A DNA stretch of 64,000 nt, from the NCBI RefSeq assembly GCF_006345805.1, contig NC_042998.1:29450001-29514000 (forward strand). The letters are read 5' to 3'. A program made the translations under genes and the position numbers. Shown here piece by piece: positions 27,361-41,533 of the stretch. The stretch comes from Octopus sinensis. Lineage: Eukaryota. Within the stretch, counting starts at the first letter, position 1, and each line of letters starts with the position of its first letter. The notes under the pieces were generated by a model, which ran no database searches, was not told the origin of the DNA, and saw only the letters and a program-made list of their open reading frames with translations.

Positions 27361-28486
27361 CTGAGAAATTAGGCATCTGAAAACCAGAACGGGGAATCCT
27401 GATTCGAAGACTACAGATCCAATCCACCACTGGAACTGTAAAAATGTGTAAAACTTTCCAGAAGTTCATCATTCAAATATATATGAGCATGTCTAGATAT
27501 GAAACTATGTGCATGAGAATACATACATAAAACATACAAATCTGCGCATATATATATACATATACACACATACATACATACATACATGCAAACAAAAATA
27601 CTTTATTGCTGATGTTGAAATTCCAATGAAGGAACCTTGAATCTAGATTAGAAACCAGTTCTTCTCCTTTGGCAAGAAATTTTGAAATAAGCCGAAGAAA
27701 GACATACGTAGATAAGTTTTGGCTTACTTAGGTTTACAGATAGGAAGAAATGAGGCCTTAGCGTGTGATGGGTGCAACAGTATGTTCTTATTTCCTTGAA
27801 GCTGTAAATATTTCGGAATTTACGAAGGAATTACAAGCGCGTCGTCCAGCATTGTTCGACAATTGCTATACATAGATGTAGCAGTCTCTAAATAACTCGT
27901 AGGCTTTTTAATTTTTATACTAATACGCATAGGTGCACACACACCCACATACACAACATACGTATATGTGTGTGTGTGTATGTGCGTGTGTGTGTGCAAC
28001 TCTATTATTTTTCTGTATCATTTATATGTACCAAGGCAATCCTTATATCTTGTCTTCGCTGTGTTATTGTTGCCTTAACGATTTCATTTTATTTCCCCAT
28101 CCCCCTTACTCACCCTCTTCTTCATTCTTATTCGCTGCTATAAATTTCCATTCTTGCAATATTTCCAATTCAGTTTTCCTTCAAAACCAGATGACATGTC
28201 ATCTGTCCCCCTACGAACGGTTCTAAACGAAACATTAGAATTCTTCTTCGCGGAATACGCTTAAATGTTCGAAATATACGCATTGTGATTTACAGACGCA
28301 GAACATCACCATTTTCATCGAATCAGCTTTTACCGTTATCTTTTGGTGAACTGCCAGTTGCAGGCATATAGACGCACCAGCACCAGTTATCAAGCAGTGG
28401 GGGGACAAACACACACACAAACACAAACATTTGTATGTGTTTCTATATTCATACACATACATACATATATATATATATATATAAAT

Positions 28487-28568
<82 letters not shown>

Positions 28569-28820
28569 GACAAAATGCAGATAACAAAGCCAAGGCTGTG
28601 AGGAGTTTTCAGGACATTTATAAGGAAAGACATATAGTCATACAGTTGTTTCTGGGATATTATGGATATCCCTTCATCAGAGGCGATGTGGGAGAGGTAA
28701 ATGTTTGAGTTTGAAATAAGGAAAATAAGGACCCAGAAACAGCTGTAAGTCTATATCTCTTTTCTTATAAATGTCCTGAAAACTCTTCAAAGCCTTGGCT
28801 TTGTTTTCTATTTTTTTGTC
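28569..28820. mobile_element. Small PLE-type fold-back with a hammerhead-like motif
   Basis: Inverted arms 28569-28656 and 28732-28820; flanked by (TA)n on the left and (TACA)n on the right. Confidence 0.7.
28637..28684 (-). ncRNA. Hammerhead-like motif with intact core and stem II
   Basis: CTGATGA A GGGATAT CCATA ATATCCC A GAAA CAACTG TA; the right arm preserves palindromic ACAGCTGT followed by AAGTC. Confidence 0.6.
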
Positions 28821-28849
28821 CAATACATACATACATACATACATACATA

Positions 28850-29192
28850 AAAAGGGTAAAGACCCCCTTCGGTCATGAGTGACCATGGGTTTGCACCTAG
28901 AGAGTTACCCTCTGAGGCACAAGTCTTGGCAAGGTTGTTTTATGGAAGACCAGTAGTCGCCCATGCATACCGGCCTCCCCTCTCCACGCCACCAGTGTTA
29001 TCCAAGGGAAAGACAAAGGTCGATACAGCTTGGCACCTGTGACGTCGCAACTCATTTCTACAGCTGAGTGAACTGGAGCAACGTGAAATAAAGTGTCTTG
29101 CTCAAGAACACAACACGCAGCCCGGTCCGGGATTCGAGCTCACAACCTCACGATCGTAAGCTCGACGCTCTAACCACTGAGCCATGCGCCTT

Positions 29193-29195
<3 letters not shown>
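28850..29195 (-). mobile_element. SINE-D (CORE-like tgttgtgttcttgagcaagacacttta), RTE-like tail type 4
   Basis: tRNA head ggctcagtggttagagcgtcg...gctcgaatccc; tail ...ggtgcaaacccatggtcactcatgaccgaagggg. Confidence 0.8.
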
Positions 29196-29241
<46 letters not shown>

Positions 29242-29345
29242 GCAGGCTAGTACAAAACCCACATAAGCTGTCACTCTTTGAGTCTTCTAGATACCAATAC
29301 CTTTTATATTTATATATAATAAAACAAAGGAAAACACAATTCCTT

Positions 29346-29400
<55 letters not shown>

Positions 29401-30580
29401 CGGGTTTCTTTCGGTTTCCATCTACCAAATACACTCGGCCCGAGACTGCAGTAGAGGTCACTTACGAAAGCTGCCAAACAGTGGTACTGAAGCCAGAGAA
29501 ATGTTTTGGAGTAGCAAATTTCTTACCATTCTTACAATTAAACACATACCGTCGCCAAATTGTAAATCCAGTGACGGCGCATATTCACTTCAAGCACATA
29601 GTTATTGCCACATACATTATGAGCAAGCTATATACTGACGTCGGTTCAGTCAGCTATAGTTATTACCAATAAATTGGCAGAGATCAGAATTACATTTCAG
29701 TGATGAACGTTTAGGGCGGAATCGCCTTCTTTAGGCAAAATTTCCTGCGCTTTGTAATTCCGTGCTTTATGCTATGAGTTGAAAAGCCGCCGACATCAAT
29801 TTTGCCTTCTAACGTCACGGAATCGATTTTCAAGAAAATGTTGCCCTCAAATTAATCTACTCGTATTTGTACCGCTACTTTCAGTATTCCTCAAAGAACA
29901 TCTGGGAATCTCGAACGTATATTCTTAGTGGTGTTAGTAATTTAAGGACAAAGGAAGATGAGAAAACTAATAGTCATAATAGCTTTGTGAATAAGCAGTC
30001 CGGGCTCTTATTAGTTTTGAAATACATAATGATAAAACAATGTTTCAGAGATGTATAATTATTAGTATATCTCGACAGTAGAGACAGAGGATGGTTGTAA
30101 ATCGAAGGAAATTTCTCAATAAACAGACATCACAACGATATTTCAATTCTTATTTCGAGCAATTTAACTTCATTTATATCGTTAATGGTTCTGAGAAAGA
30201 GATAAATGTTATAATTTCCATTTATTTATTCCCCGAAAATATAGACATTTTGTGTCAATTCAAAATGAAACCAATAATTATGTGACAAGCTTGACGATAT
30301 TTATTAACAGGTCAACGATTTGAACATAACTGTAATACAGATTCCAAAACAATTTACTCTACAAAACTGATTGAATATTAATTGGATTTTGATTTTATTT
30401 CACTTAGAGAGAAAGTACTCTATTGGGAATAAACTGTATCGGTAGTGAAGTATGAATAGTCTTATAGTTCTTGAAACAGTTTCGTTTGAATTGTACAGTA
30501 GAGAATTCGCTATATTTTCAAAACAACTTTTACTAATACAAGGTTTCAAAGATGTTTAATCAAGCATAAGTAATATCGAA

Positions 30581-30655
<75 letters not shown>

Positions 30656-30745
30656 AGAACGCGTGTGTGTGTATATGCATATATATATGAATATATACAC
30701 ATGCATATATACGCAAGCATATATATATATATATGTTTGCATATG

Positions 30746-30787
<42 letters not shown>

Positions 30788-30821
30788 TATATATATATGT
30801 ATATGTATATATATATATACA

Positions 30822-31029
30822 TAGTTAATCCAAACAAGAAAGCACAAAAAAAACACAACAACGTGAGGACGTGGAACAAATATAGTATTATTGGACGCTC
30901 AGGAAAGAAGGAAAGAAAGAGGGTTTAACGTTTCGAGCGGAGTTCTTCGTTGGAAACATAGGAGAAGGAAAGATCCAGAGAAGGGAAGACAGAGGAAAAA
31001 AATCGCCAACGGTACACACGAGGTCACAT
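30822..31029 (-). mobile_element. ~205-bp repeat with CCGACGA-type hammerhead-like motif (same family as 54537-54740)
   Basis: Reverse complement matches 54537-54740; motif at 30923-30957; ends in (TA)n. Confidence 0.7.
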
Positions 31030-31032
31030 ATA

Positions 31033-31440
31033 CAGAGTGGGTAAAGCAGATATATAATAACAAATAATAACTTTATCAGAAAATGCTACGAGGATAAAAA
31101 TAAACCTTCTTTTCTATAACGTTATTCAATGAAGCCACCTCCTGTTTCAACAATTGTTTCCTTATGAGATCTAAATCATGTACATTCTCGAATCATGTGG
31201 TCCTGGGTCATTTGGGACATTACTCTGACTATGTCAGCTTTGAAAGAATCTTTGGTGTTATGGCCATGTTCATTGACCGTGTCTCTCTCAACGCCACTCC
31301 ACATGTAATAGTCCAATGGATTAAGGTCTGGGGAATTAGGAGGCCAAATGTTAGGGGTTAAGTAATCATGAAAATTATAGAAGTATGAAGGACAACGGCG
31401 AACCAACGAAGATTTGTGCTTTCAATATAAGTGAATCGAC
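31033..31440 (-). pseudogene. Tc1/mariner transposase 3' remnant
   Basis: ORF 31176-31406 contains WPPNSPDLNPLDYYMWS; TA|CAG TIR-like end at 31033. Confidence 0.85.
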
Positions 31441-33174
31441 ACTAAACGCCAATTGTCATGTGGTCCGATACTCTCTACTGTATTGTATTTTATATTATAA
31501 AAGATTTAATCCAATGCAATCATTATAAAAGAAATAAACATGTTTAGAATTTTCAAAAAAATATTACATTTTATGCAGTGTATCTCATTCTAATAACGAA
31601 TATAATGATTCAGGAAATCATTCGACAAGAGAATTATTTCCTTTGATCGAAATATGAAGCATTCTTAATTACTGCTTTGTAATCTTTAGCTAATATTTTC
31701 ACCGAATAAAGGCTTCAAAAGCCATCTAACCGGATTTAAATGAATGCCTCATATTTTGCAATTGAAACTATTTCCTGAAATTAGTATTTCTGTTCTGATG
31801 TTATTTTGAATATTTCTATCCACTGCACAAATGGATGTTTGGACATCCATCATCAAAAATGCATTATTATGATTATGTTAGTTGTTTCCGGCGAACTGTA
31901 CGATTCTGTACTGCTGCAAAAATACGAAATTTCTTTCTTCGCATAATCAACAGAAATGTTGTGCTTTCTCTATTAGCTGCAACAGAATCTGATATGAATA
32001 GTGTCACCATTTATAGATTCAATTGATTATCAATAATGGAATTGATTAATCACTCTGAACATTGACCTGCTTTTGTATGCCGATGCCACTGCTATTTCAG
32101 TAAACCTTGTTTGATTGATATTATATAAACTTGATATTTCCCTAAATGAAGCATCGTTACTGTCATAAACAGAAACAGTCATTGCATTTATCATTCATCA
32201 TATTTTGCAAAAAAGACAAGAGTAATTCATTCAACATATTCGGATAAAATTGTATCAATTTTTTCTAAGAGTGCAACGCATCTCATCAAATGAACGGGCG
32301 CGTGTCCCCTTCCGCCATCTTAATATTTTACGAATTATGATAATATCATGTTCAGCCTATCAAACGATTCCCTAATCGCACAAGTATCAATCCAAAATAT
32401 TCAAACATTTTCATTTTGAATGACTGTAAAGAATGGCAGACCGAATTTTTATAGATACGCGACGATAACGATGATGATGATGATGAGGAGGAGGAGGAGG
32501 AGGACGACGAAAAGGAGGGGGAGGGGGGAGCAGCAGGAGCAAGAGAGGAGGAGGGGGAAGTATTATTAGAAGAGTAATACACAACGGATCAATGATCTGT
32601 TGTATATCGATGGCATAATCTCAGACACAAATAAGACAGAAGAATTTAGCTCTTGCTTGCATAGACTACAAGAAAGCGTACGAAAATACATCACATTATT
32701 GACTGTCGCGGTGCTCATCAAAAATACTCGATATCAGTAAAAAGATTGATAGTTTGTTTGTCATAGGAAGAAGAAGAAGAAGAAGAACCTTAGTGTGGAT
32801 GTGAATCATTAGGAAAACCGAAAATACAAGACAAAATATTATTTTTCGTCTTTGGGTCAAAGACTCAGCAAAGCATACTGAAAAACTCTAAGCCTACTTA
32901 TAAGCATGTTGAAAGGAAGGTGAAAATAAATCGCCTGCTTTGTAAAGATGCCGGCAAATTGTACGCGAAAAATGAAGAACGTGGTTTCTCTGAGCCAAGA
33001 ATATTTATCAGAAATATTGGTGGGCAGATTTGGGTAAATAACTGCAGTTTCGGTTATGAAGAGAGGCAGAAAAAATTAAACGTAATGTTATGAAGGTACC
33101 ACAAGATGATATCCTTAGAAGGATGAGAGAAAATGAAGAAGACAAGTACCTTGTGGTGCTGTAAGGAGATAAGA

Positions 33175-33422
33175 TGGAGGTACATGGCCTAGTGGTTAGA
33201 GCAGCGGACTCGCAGTCGAAGGATCGTGGGTTCGAATCTCAGACCGGGCGACGCGGCTCCGGCAGAAGGTAATGGTGAACTTCTGCTGACTCTTTCGCCA
33301 TAACTTTCTCTTTCTCTTTCCTCCTGCATCTTGCAGCTCACCTGCGACAGACCGGCGTCCCGTCCAGGTGGGAAACCTAAACCAGCCCTTATGAGCCAGG
33401 CATGGCTCGAGAAGGAACAAAC
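33175..33422 (+). mobile_element. SINE-C, tail type 2, with internal deletion
   Basis: Same head and tail as 13542-13848. Confidence 0.8.
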
Positions 33423-33849
33423 GTCGAAGGATATAAGATAATGGAAAGAGAAGTGAAAGGGAAAGTTTATAAACAACAGAAAAGAACGATTTGGAAGTTG
33501 CTCCCAACCAAATCAAATGGAGAGAATGTAAACGAAGCAATCAATACATACCCCATATTCTCGCTGTGACACACTACTTCTCTCCTACAGGAGATGAAAC
33601 CAAAACCTTGGCATTTAGTTAGGGAAACTAGACGTTTGGTTACCATGCTCAAAGCGTAGCTCACTAAAAGTAATACCGACAGCCTTTACTTAACATGAAA
33701 GGAAGGCGGTTTCGAAAGATATAAACTGTACGTAGGGAAGAAAGAATACAGCCTGTGTCTATAAATGTCCGGACAGACACTTAGACTCTATAAAGATACA
33801 AGAAGAGAAAGAAAAAAGAAAGTCCAAAATGTTGGAGCGAGAAGAGATT

Positions 33850-34200
33850 TCATGGTCTCAGACTGTAATCGTAGAAGGTAATGACAGAATATCATGGCAT
33901 TTCTCCATAAAGACTGACCTTAATATTGAAGCAAGTGCATTAAATATAATCGTAGAGAAGAAAACAAAACTAGCAGTGTAAGATTATGGTCCTCACAAAA
34001 CCAAAGAAATTAAGAAAATTAAGAATTAAGACGACCTAGTGAGATAGATGAATACATGGTGGAAGACTAAGGTAAGGTAAAATGGTTCCTGCGGTCATAT
34101 GTGCAATTGGCACAAGACTTAAGATGCTCAAGATGTAAGAAGTGAGATACGCATTAATAACCTGCAGAAAATACCATCTACCATCCTGTAATGGCAATTG
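33850..34200 (+). pseudogene. Old R4/Dong-like LINE restriction-endonuclease remnant
   Basis: Reads ISWHFSIKTDLNIEA...; VPAVICAIG; LQKI, which parallel the LWNFTIQTD / IPVVIGALG / VQKI segments at 57220-57867. Confidence 0.55.
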
Positions 34201-34837
34201 TGTAATAATAATAATGTGTAAAGGGAAAGTTGAAGAACTCGTGGAATCGAAAGAAATGTGTAAATAATTATTTAATATAAGATTAAAATAACTAACGGAT
34301 GTATTATAAGGTGAGAATAGCTAAATGAAATAACTTCATCTAAAGAAGGTAGCTAACACTATGAAAGCTCAATGAATGTAGCCAAGTTTTAAACGAAAAA
34401 CAAACTGTATATATTTAAGCGATCGATTTTATGAAAAGAGTATCAGTTTGTTAAATAAATGTTAAGTAAATGGCCTACGGTTAAAATGTAATTTCTCTCA
34501 CATTTCACAATTGAAATCCGTAAAGTATCAGACCACCAATAGAGTGCAAGGTCGTTTTCTGATAAATTTGGGTAGATTACACTCTAATAATTCTTGTAAT
34601 TTATGTATCAGAAAGAAAATTATATATTTGTATATTTCTTACACATAATCAGTGACTTGGTGTTATTCCTGCTCCTGTATGTCAAAGATTCAATGAAGAT
34701 GACGAAGGCGATAAATTTTGTGTTTATGATAATTAGTTGAAGGAATATATTGCTCTCAGAGCAATATATACATTAATCATAAATTCCCGATTTTTGTTAT
34801 AGTTACGAAAGTGTTACTTAATATGTATGCTAAGATT

Positions 34838-35213
34838 GTGGAGGCGCAATTTCCCAGTGGTCATGGCGGTGGACTCGCGGTCATAGGATCGCAGTTTCAG
34901 TTCCTAGACCGGGCGTTGTGAATTTTAATTGAGCGAAAACACCTAAAGCTCCACGTTGTTCCGGCAGGGTGTGGTTGCGAACCCTGCTGTATTCTTCCAC
35001 CACAACTTTCTCTCACTCTTTCTTCCTGTTTCTGTTATATCTGTTTTTCAAAGGGCCAGCCTCGTCACACGCTGTGTCATGCTGAATCTCCCCGAGATCT
35101 ACGTTACGGGTGTCTGTGGAGTGCTCAGCCGCTTGCACGTTAATTTCTCGAGCAGGCTATTTCGTTGATCGGATCAAATTGAAACCTCGTCGTCGTAACC
35201 GACGGAGTGCCAC
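34838..35213 (+). mobile_element. SINE-C, tail type 1
   Basis: Matches 9097-9484; TSD-like ATGCTAAGA on both sides. Confidence 0.85.
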
Positions 35214-35374
35214 GATGCTAAGACAAATACGATTTGTATTCGTTATTTTAAAAAGTTGTTTAACTGAAAAACATTGTGTAAACCTTATGTAACAAATGTA
35301 TGCACACACACACATCCGATCATATTCGTTTATGGAACATTTGGTTCCCGAAGTACAGCACAATATTTTTTACG

Positions 35375-35676
35375 CCCTTTTCAAACCTAACCAGGCTCAT
35401 GGGCCCGGTTCCCCGGTTTCTGTGGCATATGTGCCCCCCCTCCAGCTGGACGGGACGCAGTCCATCGCAGCGTTACTCAAGAAACAGGAAGAGAGAGTGA
35501 GAGAAAGTTGTGGCGAAAGAGTACAACAGGGATCACCACCACCCCCTGCATGAGCCTAGTGGAGCTTTTAGGTGTTTTCGCACAGTAAACACATACTACG
35601 CCCGGTCTGGGAATCGAAACCGCGATCCTCCGACCGCGAGTCCGCTGCCCTAACCACTGGGCCATTGCGCCTCCAC
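35375..35676 (-). mobile_element. SINE-C with the 9097-type head/body and a type-2-like RTE tail
   Basis: Head and body match 9097; tail gctgcgatggactgcgtcccgtccagc...gaaaccggggaaccgggccc. Confidence 0.75.
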
Positions 35677-36444
35677 AAATCACAATATTTACAAGCTATT
35701 ATTCAAAAATTTTTGTGATGTCCTTCGCGAACCAATGTTCCGCAAATGAATTATTTCACGCCATTTCTCTAGTTTACAAAATTCTTAAGACTCAAGAACC
35801 TGCAGGCGTAGAGAATTTCTATCCATAAGTATGGAAGCTTTTTGTTTGCCATCAGTAAACATCGCTTTTCTCTATGAATTATTTCAAATAATGAACACAG
35901 CTCGAAAATCACCCCTGAATAATGCATCATAAAAAAATGATGGAGCCAATGTTCCATGGAGGACAACGAGGAGTGTTCATTAAGAATTCAGAAAAGACTA
36001 AGAGGTGTAATGGAGTGATACGTAAGTAGAGTTATTAGTGTGACTTATGAAAACACTACGTCAGTTCTCACGTCAGACTCTCTACTTTTTTTAATCTCTT
36101 CTTCAATTTATGTCACACATTTTGCAGGCTTTTCTTTCTCTTTCTATCACACAATAATTCTCTTTCTCTCTCATTCGCTTTCTCACATTCTCTCACACTT
36201 GACGCTCAATTTACATTTACATTATTTTAAGTAGAGGAAAATACCAGAAAATATTTATATATTGGAATACTGCAGTCATTAAGATTCCTCATGCATAAAT
36301 CATATTTTCGAGAAGATAGTCTGGTTTTTTAAAATGATATAGGAGGTAGAAAATAATTTATTCTTCCAATGTTTCCCAGTAGGACAGTTATATTGTAAAA
36401 TATTCAAACTCTCATATTTTTATAGTTCAATATAACCACATACA

Positions 36445-36623
36445 GACGGCGAACTGGCAGAAACGTTAGCCCGCCGGGCGAAATGCTTAGCAGTATTTCG
36501 TCTGCCGCTACGTTCTGAGTTCAAATACCGCTAAGGTCGACTTTACCTTTGATCCTTTCGGGGTCGATAAATTAAGTACCAGTTACGCACTGGGGTCCAT
36601 AAAATCGACTTAATCCTTTTGTC
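36445..36623 (+). mobile_element. SINE-A, 3' truncated
   Basis: Matches the SINE-A consensus and ends at (TA)n. Confidence 0.85.
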
Positions 36624-38778
36624 TATATATATATATATATATAAAAAAGTTGAGTTGTGGGGTATCGCACGAGTGGGATTATATATGAAAAAAGGTTTGA
36701 AAATGCAATTTAAACGATGTTTATTTACTTAACCGTTTCACTCTTTGGTAAAAGATTGTCAAAAGTAACTTTGAATATTATGGGTTCAAAAAAAGATTTT
36801 TACATAATTGTCACATTGAATATTATGAATTCAAAAATGTTTTTTTATACATAATTGTCACATACATGTATAAATATAGTATAAAAAAGTTCAATAGTAT
36901 GATGAGAATATTTGGAAAAATTGGCAGAAAAGAATAAAACAAATATATTATTGGAAATTTGGTTGCGTTAATTATTGGTTGTCACAAATTGTCACATTAC
37001 ATGTATATATATACAGTCTTTGGTAGAAAGGACATGTTAAAGACATAAGGAAGTGTAATAGTTTGGTGAGAAAGCTTGTAATATTGACAGAGAAAATTAA
37101 AATGGATATTTTAGACATCTCAGAATATTTTGAATCGAAGGCGAGAATTTGTTTTTTACTGACCTGTTTGTTTTAGCAGAAAAGTTGGATTGAGAGAAAA
37201 AAAGATATGTACCCAGTTTGGTTTATACTTCCCCTTCAAGCATCAGTGATTTTGGGGTTATTGGGAGGTGAGTATGGGGTTGTGAATAGATGTGTCCGTG
37301 TGCCTGCTGGTCAGACAGTGTCTGTTTGTCACACACAATATATACACACACACCAACAACAATACACACACACACATAGTATACACACAGACACCACATA
37401 CACACAACACACACACACAGAACACACACACACACAACGCACCCACATATATAATATATACACACAGCACACAAATATAACATGTATTTATATATAATAT
37501 ACACACATATATCACAATACACACACAACACACACACACACACACACACACAACACACGCACACATATATACATATATAATATCACACAAATACACCTAG
37601 CATATATATACACATACAATACACATACACAGCATGTATATAATACACATACACAATATATGCATGCAATATACATACGCAATACATACATATAATATAT
37701 ATATATATATAGACAATGCATATACATATATACTATATACATATAAATAGTGTTTACATACACATACATAGATATACCACATATACACACAATATACATA
37801 CATACAATGCATACACATACACGTACGCATACATATAATATATATAGAGACACACACACACATAACATACATACACAATGCATACATATATATACACGCA
37901 ACGTATATACATGTATTCATGTATATATAGCACACTTACAATATACATATATACAATGCACACATACACACATATATACACTTAATTGTACACATACATA
38001 TACAGTACAAATACATACAATATACATATACACAATGCGCATGCAAATAATGCACATGTCCATACACACATATACATGAAAATATATATACACACACAAC
38101 ATACACACACACATATATATATATACACATATATATATATATACATATACATACATACATACATGCACATACATATATTTTTTCACACACATACACACAC
38201 ATATATATATAAAATTCACACACACACCCACACACACAAAATACAAACCTATAGCGTACACACTCAAATATATCTCTACATACCGCACACACACACAAAC
38301 AATGTACTCACATATACACACATACCATGCATATACACACACAGCACACACACATATATATATATAAAAACAAATACACATGTAAATACATACACACGTA
38401 CACAATGCTCACACACACACACACATACACACACACACACGCACACAGTGCACACACACACACACATATATACACACGTGCACATACACACACACAAAGC
38501 GCGCACACACACACACATACACACACGCACACACACACACACATACATATACACACGCGCACACACACAACGTGCACACTCACACACACACAACACCCAC
38601 ACACATACATAACCTACATATATATAATGCATGCGTGTGCGTGCCACGTATGTGTGCGGTCAATGCCCGCTAGTGTGTCCTATGCGTGCCGATGCGCGCA
38701 TGTGCCCGCCCGCACGATATGCTGTGAGTGTGCGCGTGCCCCTGTGTGCCTGCTCTGGATGTGTGCCCAGGGGGTATG

Positions 38779-39701
38779 TTAGAGTATGTTTAGTTGCGGT
38801 CTGTATTTTTGAATAAGATTACATTCCTTATTTATTCGTGTTTGGTCTGTGGTGTTGTCCGAGCATTGGTATAGTGGGAAGAAGACTAAGAATTTGGGGG
38901 ACTTATTGTGTGAACAAAGGTCTAAGTGTCCACTTAATGGTATCTGTCTTGTGGAGGGGTCCCTCAGTTGTTGTCGGTGAACTGTCATTCTTCTCTGAGG
39001 GTAAGGCTCGTTTGCCCTATGTAGTTCTTGTGGCATCCTTCACACCTTATGACGTAGAGTAAATTTTTTGATGCGCACGTGAAATTATTTTTATGATGAA
39101 TGTGTGTCCCGAGTGGAACTTGTACGACGATCCCTCAATGAGGTGGATGCAGGTCTTGCAATTGGGGCGACCACATTTTTTGATGGTGGGCGGTGGGTTT
39201 GTGTTGTTGTGTAATTTTGCGTTGGTGAGGAGGTTTTTTAGGGATTTAGGTTGTCTCTTACTTTTTATTATTTATGAGCTGCCAGTATTTTTTTCAGGCG
39301 TGGGTCTTGATTTAGTTGTGGAATGTTGTTGTATATAATAGTGTAAGCTTCTGCATTCCTTGGGTTGTGTGTTGAGAGATAGGGGAGGCTATTTACTGTA
39401 CTGAGGATGTGTTTGGGTTTTCGTAGGTCTTGAATGTTGATTGATTTGGCCCGTTCTATTCCGTTGTCTACTAGTGATGCCGGGTAATGTCTTTCGAGAA
39501 GAATTGCCCTTAGTTCCCGGAGTCTTCTATTTCGTGTTGTGTCATTTGAGACAATAGTGCAGATTCTTCTCGCTAGGTTGAAGGGGATATTTGTCTTTGT
39601 GTGTTTTGGGTGATTGGAGGTGAATAGAAGGTATTGTTTAGAGTCAGTGGGTTTGTAATGGATGTCAGTTTCAATGTTGACGCCTTTTTTAATGATTAGG
39701 A
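38779..39701 (-). pseudogene. PLE ORF 3' part: RT thumb, Zn-linker and GIY-YIG endonuclease (frameshifted)
   Basis: DIHYKPTDSKQYLLFTSNHPKHTKTNIPFNLARRI; CGRPNCKTC; LLYVIRCEGC..YIGQT; HLDLCSH...KYRPQLN. Confidence 0.9.
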
Positions 39702-40268
39702 TTACACTATTATATACAACAACATTCCACAACTAAATCAAGACCCACGCCTGAAAAAAATACTGGCAGCTCATAAAATAATAAAAAGTAAGAGACAACC
39801 TAAATCCCTAAAAAACCTCCTCACCAACGCAAAATTACACAACACAAACCCACCGCCCACCATCAAAAAATGTGGTCGCCCCAATTGCAAGACCTGCATC
39901 CACCTCATTGAGGGATCGTCGTACAAGTTCCACTCGGGGGACACACATTCATCATAAAAAATAATTTCACGTGCGCATCAAAAAATTTACTCTACGTCAT
40001 AAGGTGTGAAGGATGCCACGAAGACTACATAGGGCAAACGAGCCTTACCCTCAGAGAAAGAATGACAGTTCACCGACAACAACTGAGGTACCCCTCCACA
40101 AGACAGATACCACTAAGTGGACACTTAGACCTTTGTTCACACAATAAGTCCCCCAAATTCTTAGTCTTCCCACTATACCAATGCTCGGACAACACCACAG
40201 ACCAAACACGAATAAATAAGGAATGTAATCTTATTCAAAAATACAGACCACAACTAAACATACTCTAA
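39702..40268 (+). pseudogene. Second, shorter copy of the PLE linker and GIY-YIG
   Basis: Inverted copy of 38779-39346 with its own +2 frameshift in the G run near 39936. Confidence 0.9.
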
Positions 40269-41494
40269 CATACCCCCTGGGCACACATCCAGAGCAGGCA
40301 CACAGGGGCACGCGCACACTCACAGCATATCGTGCGGGCGGGCACATGCGCGCATCGGCACGCATAGGACACACTAGCGGGCATTGACCGCACACATACG
40401 TGGCACGCACACGCATGCATTATATATATGTAGGTTATGTATGTGTGTGGGTGTTGTGTGTTGGTGTGTGTGCACGTTGTGTGTGTGCGCGTGTGTATAT
40501 GTATGTGTGTGTGTGTGTGCGTGTGTGTATGTGTGTGTGTGTGCGCGCTTGTGTGTGTGTATGTGCACGTGTGTATATATGTGTGTGTGTGTGTGCACTG
40601 TGTGCGTGTGTGTGTGTATGTGTGTGTGTGTGCCTGAGCATTGTGTACGTGTGTATGTATTTACATGTGTATTTGTTTTTATATATATATATGTGTGTGT
40701 GCTGTGTGTGTATATGCATGGTATGTGTGTATATGTGAGTACATTGTTTGTGTGTGTGTGCGGTATGTAGAGATATATTTGAGTGTGTACGCTATAGGTT
40801 TGTATTTTGTGTGTGTGGGTGTGTGTGTGAATTTTATATATATATGTGTGTGTATGTGTGTGAAAAAATATATGTATGTGCATGTATGTATGTATGTATA
40901 TGTATATATATATATATGTGTATATATATATATGTGTGTGTGTATGTGTGTGTGTGTATATATATTTTCATGTATATGTGTGTATGGACATGTGCATTAT
41001 TTGCATGCGCATTGTGTATATGTATATTGTATGTATGTGTACTGTATATGTATGTGTACAATTAAGTGTATATATGTGTGTATGTGTGCATTGTATATAT
41101 GTATATTGTAAGTGTGCTATATATACATGAATACATGTATATACGTTGCGTGTATATATATGTATGCATTGTGTATGTATGTTATGTGTGTGTGTGTCTC
41201 TATATATATTATATGTATGCGTACGTGTATGTGTATGCATTGTATGTATGTATATTGTGTGTATATGTGGTATATCTATGTATGTGTATGTAAACACTAT
41301 TTATATGTATATATGTATATATGTATATGCATTGTCTATATATATATATATTATATGTATGTATTGCGTATGTATATTGCATGCATATATTGTGTATGTG
41401 TATTATATACATGCTGTGTATGTGTATTGTATGTGTACATATATGCTAGGTGTATTTGTGTGATATTTATATTATGTATATATGTGTGCGTGTG

Positions 41495-41533
<39 letters not shown>

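Noticed and set aside
39058-39075. LTR-retrotransposon or bacterial GIY-YIG (UvrC) origin for the 39-kb ORF
   Set aside because: The upstream thumb motif and the Cys/His pattern are PLE-specific, and there are no LTRs or integrase.
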